Positions 8,470 to 17,189 of a DNA stretch of 64,000 bases are shown here, one piece after another. Below the pieces are notes generated by a model, which was not told where the DNA came from, searched no databases, and saw nothing but the letters and a program-made list of their open reading frames with translations. Numbering within the stretch: the first letter of the stretch is position 1; each line of letters starts with the position of its first letter. A program made the position numbers and the translations under genes. Where the stretch lies: IMG/VR virus record IMGVR_UViG_3300010389_000001, positions 62,001 to 126,000 of that record; one strand, given 5' to 3'.

Positions 8470-10311
8470 ATGGCCGGCTCAGATAACGAATTATCAATAA
8501 TTGATTTAATAGAGTATTATGAGCCGGGACCGGTTTTGAAAGAGCGAACACCCAATTTAAATAGAACATCATTTTATCCTGGCGACGGCGAGCATCATGC
8601 AGAAGATGGTGAGCCCGAGCCGGGCAAAAAGGTTACAAAAAAAGCAAGGCTGGATATTATTCGGAAAAAGGCGCTTGGGTTAACCGATGTTCCCCGTGCT
8701 GCAATTCCGGGTAATGAAGGGTATCTTGGAAGAAGAGACCCCGGCACTGAAGAGGGTCAGGAAGAATTTACGACATGGTTCGGAGGGCAGGAAGATTTTG
8801 TTCTAGATAATCTTGAAAAAGAAGATAAGCTACCTACTAATAAAAAAAGAAATGAAAATAAACCTGAATCAGGAGATTTAAATAAAATGAGCTTCGAAAA
8901 ATCTGAATTACTAAAACTAGCTAAAGCCCTGAGCGTCAGAGGGCAGGTCTCTGCGTCTGATTCTGTTATTAGATTGACAAAGCAGGCTGACACGAATTCC
9001 GGTAGTAACTCGGCATTCTTCGATGGATGGGAGGAACTAACGAGGGGTGCTGGTCAAAGCCTGAGAAGCTTGACGACATGGGGAGGGGGTTACTTACCCA
9101 AAAACGCGCTGAAGGAAAGAATAGCAGATATGTGGGTCACATATGGGGGCGAACTTCGATTTGTTGATCAGAGTGGCGTAGAGAAAACTCTAGAAGCTCT
9201 TATCGAATTCTGGATAAGTCAAGATCTGAAATTTGGCCGAGGAGGAGAGCCTAATGACACAGACAAAGCAAGAGTTAAGACTTTCCTCGATGGGAAAAAA
9301 AGCACAGAGATTACTGTTGAAGGACTAATTGGCGTTATGTGGAATGACGGAGAAAGTGGATATAAGACAGGTATAGGCCAGGCTCAAACTAGCTTTACGG
9401 ACATGGTGCAGGATGAAACAAAAACATTTGTTGATGCATGGAATAGTGTAATTAGGTACAAGCAGAAGCAGGGCACTGGCACATCAACCGGCCAGCCTGT
9501 TGCGGGTACAACTCAATCATTACCGGGAGGGACTAGCGCAGCTAAAGAGGAGCCCTGGGTGCCAGTACAGAAGAGAATTAACGAGTTATTTGCTGACGGT
9601 GGAGCACTGCAATCAAGAAGGCCCGATCCATGGGAGCCTCTAGCGACCGATGGAGATATGGGTGAGAAGTCTACCACTGCTTACAACGCAGCTACAGGAT
9701 CTAACTATGATCCCAATGCTAGACCGTGGCCTATACCAAAAGCGTTAACCCCGGAGCAGGCACTAGATGAGTTGAATGCTCAGATCGAAGAAGTCGTTGC
9801 CCCAACACCCTCTGAGCCTGCGGATACTACAAGGGGAGGAGGGCCAGGTGAGGTAGCTCCAGAAGAATCACCTATTGCCGAGGGCAAGGCCACAGGAGAC
9901 CTACAAGACTGGTATATAGCGGACTCGGATGATGGAAGCCATTATGTCGGGATAGGAAAAGAAGGAACTGAATATGCATACCAGATATTTGCAATATCAA
10001 AAGAGCCGAATGAAAGCGGCAGGCATGATGCCGTAAGAATAACCGATAGAGGTGATGATCCCAGATTCACTGGAGCAAGATTCTTGGAGGGCAAAGAGGA
10101 CGGAAGACTTATATCTCAGATAAGAAGAGATAGGCTGGGTCGAGCGCAGAGAACAAGATATACTGATGTGATCAGGGGACAGAGAAAGAGCGTTAAGGGC
10201 GATACCCGGAGAGGCAGAAGAAGAGGCGCTGAGAGAGCGGAGAGAGCCGCAGCTGGAACCAGAAGAAGAGACCTTAGGCAGAGGGGAAGATCCGAAAGAC
10301 GAAGAAGATAG
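8470..10311 (+). CDS. Probable virion protein with Arg-rich C-terminus; likely second in-frame start at 8887
   Basis: 613 aa; internal AGGAGA + ATG 8887; Arg-rich tail ending RGRSERRRR. Confidence 0.6.
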   Translation: MAGSDNELSIIDLIEYYEPGPVLKERTPNLNRTSFYPGDGEHHAEDGEPEPGKKVTKKARLDIIRKKALGLTDVPRAAIPGNEGYLGRRDPGTEEGQEEFTTWFGGQEDFVLDNLEKEDKLPTNKKRNENKPESGDLNKMSFEKSELLKLAKALSVRGQVSASDSVIRLTKQADTNSGSNSAFFDGWEELTRGAGQSLRSLTTWGGGYLPKNALKERIADMWVTYGGELRFVDQSGVEKTLEALIEFWISQDLKFGRGGEPNDTDKARVKTFLDGKKSTEITVEGLIGVMWNDGESGYKTGIGQAQTSFTDMVQDETKTFVDAWNSVIRYKQKQGTGTSTGQPVAGTTQSLPGGTSAAKEEPWVPVQKRINELFADGGALQSRRPDPWEPLATDGDMGEKSTTAYNAATGSNYDPNARPWPIPKALTPEQALDELNAQIEEVVAPTPSEPADTTRGGGPGEVAPEESPIAEGKATGDLQDWYIADSDDGSHYVGIGKEGTEYAYQIFAISKEPNESGRHDAVRITDRGDDPRFTGARFLEGKEDGRLISQIRRDRLGRAQRTRYTDVIRGQRKSVKGDTRRGRRRGAERAERAAAGTRRRDLRQRGRSERRRR

Positions 10312-10344
10312 TTTAATCATCAGATAAGGGAAAGAGACCCAATT

Positions 10345-10375
10345 AAAGCCTTCCGAAATAACGGAAGGCTTTTTT
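10345..10375 (+). terminator. Intrinsic terminator
   Basis: AAAGCCTTCCG-AAATAA-CGGAAGGCTTT plus T run. Confidence 0.85.
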
Positions 10376-10376
10376 C

Positions 10377-10402
10377 TTGCACCATATCCCATTCGGGTTA
10401 TC
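10377..10402 (+). promoter_or_regulatory. Repeated promoter-like element, diverged copy 2
   Basis: TTGCACCATATCCC identical to the other copies, then attcgGGTTAT; directly after a terminator. Confidence 0.6.
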
Positions 10403-10423
10403 CCATTCCGAGGAGGCGCCCCC

Positions 10424-11014
10424 ATGAGCCCAAAGTCGATCAGTATATTCGATACAGCCCAAACAAAGAAGCGGACGAACCGCAATAACAAGCAAAAGAA
10501 AAGTACGGCAGAAAAGCAGCGAATTGCAGATAAAGAAGCTCTGGGTAAGGCGGCTCTTCAAAAGTTAAATCCAATGGTCATCCCTCTACTTGCAGCCCAA
10601 GAAAGGCCGTCTGGATTTATCACTTCTTCAATCGATGTAATTCAGAACAATCCTCATCGTCTATCGGATAATTGGATTGAGAAGCTAAATAAGTGGGTTG
10701 ATGATGTAGCTGCCGCATCAATTTTAGAGGAGCCCGATATTAAGATCGGAGAGAGAATCGATATTGGCCCCATCATGGTAGATCGGATTATTCCTCCAAA
10801 GCTTGAATCCCAATATCCTATGCCAGCCATTATGTGCAAGGACGAAAGAGGCTGGAAGTGGTACTTTAAAACAAGTAAGGCTGGACAGTTCTCTTCTGGC
10901 GACTATATTACCTTCAGGGCAATTCCCTCCGGTCACGGAGAGGGGATTACCTTTCTGCGCAGGCCAACTAAATTGGTTAAGGTAGAAAAGAATATGGAGG
11001 AAGATAGTGATTAG
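10424..11014 (+). CDS. Hypothetical protein (beta-rich C-terminus, possibly OB-fold)
   Basis: GAGGAGG RBS, 196 aa. Confidence 0.6.
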   Translation: MSPKSISIFDTAQTKKRTNRNNKQKKSTAEKQRIADKEALGKAALQKLNPMVIPLLAAQERPSGFITSSIDVIQNNPHRLSDNWIEKLNKWVDDVAAASILEEPDIKIGERIDIGPIMVDRIIPPKLESQYPMPAIMCKDERGWKWYFKTSKAGQFSSGDYITFRAIPSGHGEGITFLRRPTKLVKVEKNMEEDSD

Positions 11015-11097
11015 TCAGGAAGGTAGATTTGATCTATCATTAAAATATAATCTTCTATATTTTTGTTTTTACAAAATTCTATAGCAGCAGCTTTTTT

Positions 11098-11150
11098 GGC
11101 TCCTATTAATTGCCTTGGGATTAATAGAAAAGCCCAACTCCCCAAGGCAG
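11098..11150 (+). promoter_or_regulatory. Structured purA leader (pseudoknot or alternative hairpins)
   Basis: CTATTAAT(11103-10) pairs with ATTAATAG(11120-27); the enclosed loop TGCCTTGGG pairs with CCCAAGGCA(11141-49). Confidence 0.55.
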
Positions 11151-11174
11151 TCATTAGAGAAAAGGAGGTGCTTT

Positions 11175-12222
11175 ATGTCCAAGCTAATCAGACTCGCAGA
11201 TGTTGTAGTTGGTTTAGCTTGGGGTTAACTACCCCGGCGATGAAGCAAAAGGGAAAATTACTGCCCAACTCGCATCAACAAGGTCAGCGTCAAACGGTGG
11301 CTCATTCTACGATTACATCGTCCGTTGGGCCGGTGGTAATAACGCAGGCCACACTGTATGGGTTGGCGGAGAAAAATTTAAGACACACTTGGTTCCATCC
11401 GGAGTATTCTATGGTGTGAAATCGATTGTTGGCCCTGGCTGTGTTTTGCACCAGGAGCACTTTAATGTGGAGCTTTCTTATCTGGAGAAGAACGGCTTTG
11501 ACCCAGGGCTGGTAAAGGTTTCTCCAAGATGCCATATTGTAACTGATGAGCACCTTGAGTATGACCGAAATAATCTTGCTAAAAAGCTTGGAACTACAGG
11601 ACGAGGAATTGCTCCAGCTTACTCTGCAAAGTTTGCAAGAACCGGAATTCTAGCAAAGGATGTTCTTCCAAGTCATATGCTGTGGGATGAGCGGCTAGAT
11701 GGCAATGTCCTATGCGAAGGAGCACAGGGCGTATGGCTTGACATTGATCATGGTCTTTATCCTTATGTAACTTCATCAACGACTCTGCCTTATGGAGCTT
11801 GCAGCGTCGGCTTTCCTCCTCAGAAGATTCGCAATATTTGGGGTGCAGCAAAGATTTATGATACAAAGTCTGGAGAGGATCCAAGATTTCCTGACTCACT
11901 CTTAGATGATCCAAAGCTTTTGAATGTTGCGAATCTTGGACAAGAATATGGCGTAACCACGGGGCGAAGAAGAAAGGTTAATTGGCTAAATTTAAATATG
12001 CTAATTGACTCTATAAATCTTTCTGGCACAACCAACTTGGTTATAAGTAAATGTGATATACTGCTTGATCTTGGAGAAGGATACTTTAATCTGTTCTATA
12101 ATGATAATATGGTGAGTTTTGCATCATTAAAGAATATGTGTGAGTTCATCACCAACGAAGTTACTTTAAACTGTCCTCTGGTAACTGAGATAAGGTATTC
12201 AAGCTCCCCTATGGAGATTTGA
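11175..12222 (+). CDS. purA: Adenylosuccinate synthetase (short form), interrupted by a 13-nt insert in the P-loop
   Basis: AGGAGGT RBS, ATG 11175 MSKLIRLADVVVGLAWG then TAA; resumes in +1 frame at 11236/11239 (G)DEAKGKI..RWAGGNNAGHT..HLVPSG..GTTGRGIAPAY..EGAQG..YPYVTSS..GVTTGRRRKVNW; 344 aa if the insert is skipped. Confidence 0.93.
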
Positions 12223-12223
12223 T

Positions 12224-13045
12224 TTGTCTAACGTAACTGTTCTTTATCACGCAGGCTGCCCCGATGGCTTTGGCTCTGCGTGGTCTTTCTACAAAAAGTA
12301 TGGCACTAAAGCTGAGTATATACCCGTTCGTCACGGAGATCTTCCTCCAGACGTTACAGGAAAGACTGTTTTTATTGTTGACTTTTCTTATCCCAGGACT
12401 ATACTGGAGGAAATGCACGCGGCAGCAGAATCGCTGACGGTAATAGACCATCACATTACTGCCCAAGAAAGTCTGCATGGCTTAGACTATTGCCACTTTG
12501 ATATGTCTCATTCCGGCGCTTATTTATCATGGGCCTTTCTCTTTGGAGAAGAAGACGTACCGCTTTTAATTAGGTATATTGAGGATAGAGATTTGTGGAA
12601 GTGGCAGCTTCCTTCTGCAGAGCAGATTTTATCTGCTATAGATTCGTATGACAAGAGCTTCTCCACTTGGGACTCTTTAAATGAGAAGCTAGATGAGCCT
12701 CATTCGAGGTCATGGTTTAAGCTGCACATTGAGGGCTCTGCAATCTTGCGCTATAACAAGCAGCTTATCGAGAGGCTGAAAAAGAAAGAGCATACAGTAA
12801 AGATTGGCGATGATACTATCCGCGCTGTAAATTCTCCATTTTTTCAATCAGAGATAGGCGCTCAATTGAGTCGCGGTGAAAAGTATGCTGCTGTTTACTA
12901 TTATGATGGAGAAAAGTATGTCTTCTCGCTTAGGTCGGACGAAGATGGAGAGAATGTCTCTGTAGTGGCCAAAAAGTTTGGAGGAGGAGGCCATAAGAAA
13001 GCTTCTGGTTTTTCGGTTATGAACATCTCTGATTTGGAAAAGTAA
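12224..13045 (+). CDS. DHH/DHHA1-family phosphoesterase (nanoRNase-like)
   Basis: YHxxCxDG, VDFS, IDHH, DRDLW, SLRS, GGGGHKKASG. Confidence 0.9.
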   Translation: MSNVTVLYHAGCPDGFGSAWSFYKKYGTKAEYIPVRHGDLPPDVTGKTVFIVDFSYPRTILEEMHAAAESLTVIDHHITAQESLHGLDYCHFDMSHSGAYLSWAFLFGEEDVPLLIRYIEDRDLWKWQLPSAEQILSAIDSYDKSFSTWDSLNEKLDEPHSRSWFKLHIEGSAILRYNKQLIERLKKKEHTVKIGDDTIRAVNSPFFQSEIGAQLSRGEKYAAVYYYDGEKYVFSLRSDEDGENVSVVAKKFGGGGHKKASGFSVMNISDLEK

Positions 13046-13046
13046 A

Positions 13047-13811
13047 TTGACTATCAAGAACAGTGTAACGAAGAAGATTCGCGGAATGAAGCTGCCGCAT
13101 AATCCGTCAACTCCATGGAGGTCGGTAGAGCTTCTGAGCGTTGACTCCATGCTAGAAGACGCCGATGAATCGGAATGCCTTTCCATTGCCATGGATGAGA
13201 CGGCATTAACTGAAATCGCAAGACATTTGCATTCGAGAATGTCAAAGAACGGCCTTCCAACATCCCCTTGGTATGAGCGTTATATTGAGAATAAGCTTTG
13301 CGCTTCTTTTATTATGAAGCTTGCCAGCAAATCGGATGAGCTTCTTAAGAAGTCAAAGAACCATCGCCTAAAGTTGGCTCTATTTACCGGAGGACACTAT
13401 CAGTCAGTCGAAATGATTGATTGGATTGCCGAAAATTCAGAAGATATAGATCTTGTTGTTGCCGCATCAAGAGTATGTTCAATTTCAGTTCTTAGAAAAA
13501 TATCGAAGAAGAAGGATGCCCTTAGGTTGGTCAAGACTATCGCATACGAAAGGCTAGGGCCTGTAGAGTGTCTTGATGAAATGATTAATGATAAATACGC
13601 AAAGAATAGAGAGATGGGTTATAACTATGCTCCGCATGGCTATCCGCCCCTAGAAGAGAAGGCTCTAACCGAAATCGCAAAGGGGCCTACGATAGCTTTA
13701 ATTAAAAAGCTAAGCTCGGAGTATTTGCCAATGCTAATGGCGAATAGGAATGTATTAAAGAATCGGTGGATTGCTAGTTATCTTGAAAAAAGAATGAACT
13801 CGGGAAAGTAA
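13047..13811 (+). CDS. Alpha-helical protein, paralogue family member 2
   Basis: C-terminus WIASYLEKRMNSGK. Confidence 0.65.
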   Translation: MTIKNSVTKKIRGMKLPHNPSTPWRSVELLSVDSMLEDADESECLSIAMDETALTEIARHLHSRMSKNGLPTSPWYERYIENKLCASFIMKLASKSDELLKKSKNHRLKLALFTGGHYQSVEMIDWIAENSEDIDLVVAASRVCSISVLRKISKKKDALRLVKTIAYERLGPVECLDEMINDKYAKNREMGYNYAPHGYPPLEEKALTEIAKGPTIALIKKLSSEYLPMLMANRNVLKNRWIASYLEKRMNSGK

Positions 13812-13812
13812 T

Positions 13813-14757
13813 ATGTACTTCGGTGATGTAACTGTTGAAGCAAAAGATGTAGAGCTAAACTCATTTCCGGATGAGGTGTATGAATATGCCCTGGTACACG
13901 CCTGCCAGGAGTATTCTTATTGGAATAACAATAAAACTTCTGTTATTACAAGCTTCTTTACTGGAGGCAGGCTCCTAAAGATCTGGAACAATTACCCTAA
14001 CCTAAGGGATAGTATATTTGATAATATTGTTCTGAGATTTTCGGTTGTAGATAGATCTCTTTCCGCAAAGAATATGGTGACCGAACGTCAAGATATTAGG
14101 CGCTCGTGCTCTGAGATTGCCAAGAAAATCTTGGAAAGTCAGTCTGACAACTTTTCCAGACATTGGGTCGATAAAGTTGACCGAATGGTAGGGGCTGGCA
14201 TTCTGAGTAAAAGCTGGGACCATAAGAGCATTCTTTCTTCTATGGAGGAGTATGACGAAGAGTATATGTACTGGCTTAAGAAGTATATTAAAACTCTAAA
14301 ACAAGGAGATGAGAAGGCTTTCGAGGAGCTTTATTTCTCTGTAAAAAGAGGAAAGGGAGCAACGGAAGTAAGAGACTTTATTTTAAGGAAGTCCTTGGAG
14401 TACGGAGCTTTGTCAAATAAGATTCTTGAAAAAATTGCTAAGTCCTCGCCAATCTCTCTTCGCAGAACGATCGTACAATGGCTTTCTGCCGATAAGCACG
14501 ACCTACTTAATCGACTCTCCTATATGAAGAGGAACGATTATAATGGAGGGTATACGGATGAAGATTTCAAGGATATGCAAGAAAAAGCTGACGCCATAGA
14601 TTCTAAGCTTATACTGTTTGCGCCCATTCAAGATATGAATGTTCAGATTAAGTTGGTCGATGTGCTGAGTAAAGATAATCTTGTATGGTGTGTTCCTGCC
14701 GTTTCCTCCCTAGGGAGTTCATGGCTATCTTCAAGACTAGAAAAGAATATGTCATAA
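13813..14757 (+). CDS. Alpha-helical protein, paralogue family member 3
   Basis: C-terminus WLSSRLEKNMS; RKSLEYGALS matches RKYIECGFLD of 5090. Confidence 0.65.
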   Translation: MYFGDVTVEAKDVELNSFPDEVYEYALVHACQEYSYWNNNKTSVITSFFTGGRLLKIWNNYPNLRDSIFDNIVLRFSVVDRSLSAKNMVTERQDIRRSCSEIAKKILESQSDNFSRHWVDKVDRMVGAGILSKSWDHKSILSSMEEYDEEYMYWLKKYIKTLKQGDEKAFEELYFSVKRGKGATEVRDFILRKSLEYGALSNKILEKIAKSSPISLRRTIVQWLSADKHDLLNRLSYMKRNDYNGGYTDEDFKDMQEKADAIDSKLILFAPIQDMNVQIKLVDVLSKDNLVWCVPAVSSLGSSWLSSRLEKNMS

Positions 14758-14772
14758 AAGACTGGAGTAATT

Positions 14773-14961
14773 ATGTCAAAAGGTCTGCTGTTAAAAATTA
14801 AGGTTACCAACCTAGACTCAAAGCAAGAGTATATTCACTCAAATGTTCCGCTAGATCACGTAGAGATGATTAAGATGAATCCAAACCTAAGAGTAGAGGT
14901 TATAGGAAGAAGTCGCGGCCGCACTAGGGGGCCTAGAAATCAGGACGAATCGAGTCAGTAA
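14773..14961 (+). CDS. Small hypothetical protein
   Basis: GGAG RBS, 62 aa. Confidence 0.55.
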   Translation: MSKGLLLKIKVTNLDSKQEYIHSNVPLDHVEMIKMNPNLRVEVIGRSRGRTRGPRNQDESSQ

Positions 14962-15009
14962 TATATCAAGTGTGATAATGCAAGCTATAGCTGGAGGCAA
15001 GAACAGGTA

Positions 15010-15660
15010 ATGTATACGGCCAGTTTTGTTGACCATATCAAGAATACTATATTCATCTTATTTTTTTCGATTTACTCAGCCACCTTAAGTGCTGAGGCGG
15101 CTGAGCCTTATAAGAGTTCATTTATCAAGCATGTCAGAACCGAGACCGTTATGGACAAAGTTCTGGTTATCGAGAATGGAAGCTCTAGGCTCAAAACGCC
15201 GGTCACCATATCTTATGAGGTGGGTAAGGGCGACTATATTCGACAAAAGTATACCGAAGAATATATCAAAAATAACTTTGCATTATCGCACATGATTGTT
15301 ATGGATGAGCTAAAGGGTATTGGTGTTACTCCAATCGAGTGTCGCTCTCCCTACGAGTTGCATATTTTTATCCTTCATCCAGACACAATGTACTCTTCGA
15401 ATTTATTTCAGAAATTCAGAGAAGAATATAACTACCATTATAAAATTCACGCCTTTTTTGATGCAACGGTTGAAGTAAAGGGGCACAACAATATTCTTCT
15501 ATCTGACATGGGCGACTGGGAAAATTACCAATCTATCCAGCATGAACATGCTCATTATTGGTGGCTCCGGTATTGTCTAAAGAAGCATTATCCATCTTCA
15601 GAAGACTTTGCTCGTTTGATAGAGAGAAAAGCGGAGACAACTTACAATGAATATTTTTAG
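15010..15660 (+). CDS. Putative exported zinc metallopeptidase-like protein
   Basis: N-terminal hydrophobic signal-like segment ending AEA; HEHAH motif with downstream SEDFA. Confidence 0.5.
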   Translation: MYTASFVDHIKNTIFILFFSIYSATLSAEAAEPYKSSFIKHVRTETVMDKVLVIENGSSRLKTPVTISYEVGKGDYIRQKYTEEYIKNNFALSHMIVMDELKGIGVTPIECRSPYELHIFILHPDTMYSSNLFQKFREEYNYHYKIHAFFDATVEVKGHNNILLSDMGDWENYQSIQHEHAHYWWLRYCLKKHYPSSEDFARLIERKAETTYNEYF

Positions 15661-16741
15661 GCCAGGAGACTCTCTCGAAAAGTTAGATGCCCCACCGGCT
15701 TTTGATGATGTGCTGCTTGTTCCAAGATACTCTGGGCTTGCCTCTCGATTGGAACCGAATATTAGCACTTCACTTTCCACCTCTTTCGCCTTAGAGGTTC
15801 CGGTCGTATCTTCTCCGATGGATACTGTTACCGGATCTCAGATGGCTTCTGCTATCGGCAGAGAGGGCGCAATGGGTGTGGTTCACAGGTTTATGTCTCC
15901 AGAAGATCAGGCCGGAGAGCTTCACCGTGTATCTGACTTAAATCAAGGCCCAGGAGATCCTGCTCCACTTGCCTTTGCGGTCGGAGTGGGCTCTTCTGAG
16001 AAAGAGAGATTCGATAAAGTTTATTCTCAATTTGAATCTGCCATCGATTGGGTATCCATAGACGTTGCAAACGGTCACTCTAAGTATATGGCCGAAATGC
16101 TAAGCTGGATAAAGGATCGAGTATCACCTGATACAAATATTATGGTTGGCAATGTTGCGACTGGCGATGGGTACAAGTTTCTTGCTGATCGTGGCGCCGA
16201 TGCAATTCGCGTTGGGATAGGTGGCGGAAGCATCTGTAAAACCAGAATTATGACAGGCTTTGGCGTTCCTACTCTTGCTTCAGTTGCGGATTGTTATAAG
16301 GCAAAGTTGAGCGGCAATTATAACTCGTCAATTATTGCCGATGGAGGAATCAGGTATCCATCCGATTTGGTTAAGTCTTTGGCCTTCGGGGCAGACGCAA
16401 TAATGGCTGGAAGAATATTTGCGGGAACCTTAGAGTCACCTGGCGAAACAGTTATTGTTGACGGCGTAAAATCAAAAACCTATAGAGGGATGGCGTCAAG
16501 AGAGGTTCAGGAGGACAAGCGCGGAGGCTTAAAGCCTGGAACCTGCGCAGAGGGTGTATCAACCCATATTCCAATAAAGGGTAAGGCCAGATATATTCTA
16601 GAAGAGTTCTCGGGCGGTTTGAGGTCTGCCATGACTTACTGTAACGCAAGAGATATTGCAGAACTCAGAGAGAATGTTAGGTTCATTAGAATGTCTCCGT
16701 CATCTCTCGACGAGTCTCATGCATTTGGAACAAAAGTTTAG
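15647..16741 (+). CDS. guaB: IMP dehydrogenase (IMPDH/GMPR family), without CBS domains
   Basis: [39 protein letters not shown] (catalytic Cys), IIADGGI, YRGMAS, AEGV. Confidence 0.9.
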   Translation: MNIFRPGDSLEKLDAPPAFDDVLLVPRYSGLASRLEPNISTSLSTSFALEVPVVSSPMDTVTGSQMASAIGREGAMGVVHRFMSPEDQAGELHRVSDLNQGPGDPAPLAFAVGVGSSEKERFDKVYSQFESAIDWVSIDVANGHSKYMAEMLSWIKDRVSPDTNIMVGNVATGDGYKFLADRGADAIRVGIGGGSICKTRIMTGFGVPTLASVADCYKAKLSGNYNSSIIADGGIRYPSDLVKSLAFGADAIMAGRIFAGTLESPGETVIVDGVKSKTYRGMASREVQEDKRGGLKPGTCAEGVSTHIPIKGKARYILEEFSGGLRSAMTYCNARDIAELRENVRFIRMSPSSLDESHAFGTKV

Positions 16742-16749
16742 GAGGTAGC

Positions 16750-17079
16750 ATGTCGAATGCCGACTTTGAAAATGCTGTTTTAGATAGGCTTTCGTCTATT
16801 GAGAACAGGCTTTCTTCAATCGAAGATAGTCTAACTGGAATAGGTGATTTTGCATCAGATATTATTTCTGACGAATCGAGCCCGCTAAATCTAGAGATGC
16901 TAGAGTCACTGAAGACGACTCTATCTTCACTATCTGTTCCGCTCGATTCATTTGATCCGACTCAAGGAGTCGATAAAGATAATATGTCATTCGAGGAGGT
17001 GGTTGGATCATTAAACGAGTTTAAAGATAGAATTGCAGGCATCAGAAACGCTATGGCTGCAGCAACTGAAAAAAGTTAG
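16750..17079 (+). CDS. Hypothetical coiled-coil protein
   Basis: AGGAGGT RBS, heptad repeats. Confidence 0.6.
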   Translation: MSNADFENAVLDRLSSIENRLSSIEDSLTGIGDFASDIISDESSPLNLEMLESLKTTLSSLSVPLDSFDPTQGVDKDNMSFEEVVGSLNEFKDRIAGIRNAMAAATEKS

Positions 17080-17108
17080 TAGGCAAACTGAATTCGGGTG
17101 CAAATTTC

Positions 17109-17137
17109 TTGCACCATATCCCAGCCCGGTTATAGGT
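17109..17137 (+). promoter_or_regulatory. Repeated 29-nt promoter-like element, copy 3
   Basis: Identical to 4780-4808; overlapped by inverted repeat GGTGCAA-N5-TTGCACC. Confidence 0.7.
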
Positions 17138-17189
17138 AGGCGTGGCACCGGGCCGCGCCGAAAATTTCCCCCCAAAGAGGTTGTTTAAG

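Noticed and set aside
11223-11238. Group I intron in purA (GGGU/UAA start resembles a P1 helix)
   Set aside because: Only 13 nt with no catalytic core, and no frame-restoring excision both follows a U and ends in G. An intron remnant origin cannot be excluded.
11063-11419. 118-aa ORF from the track; also 11389 as the purA start
   Set aside because: The ORF is an off-frame shadow over the purA leader and 5' end; a start at 11389 would omit the P-loop and NAGHT motif.
11175-12222. PurZ (2-aminoadenine DNA pathway)
   Set aside because: The catalytic Asp of WGDE and the TTGRRR loop are PurA-type; PurZ has Ser at that Asp position.
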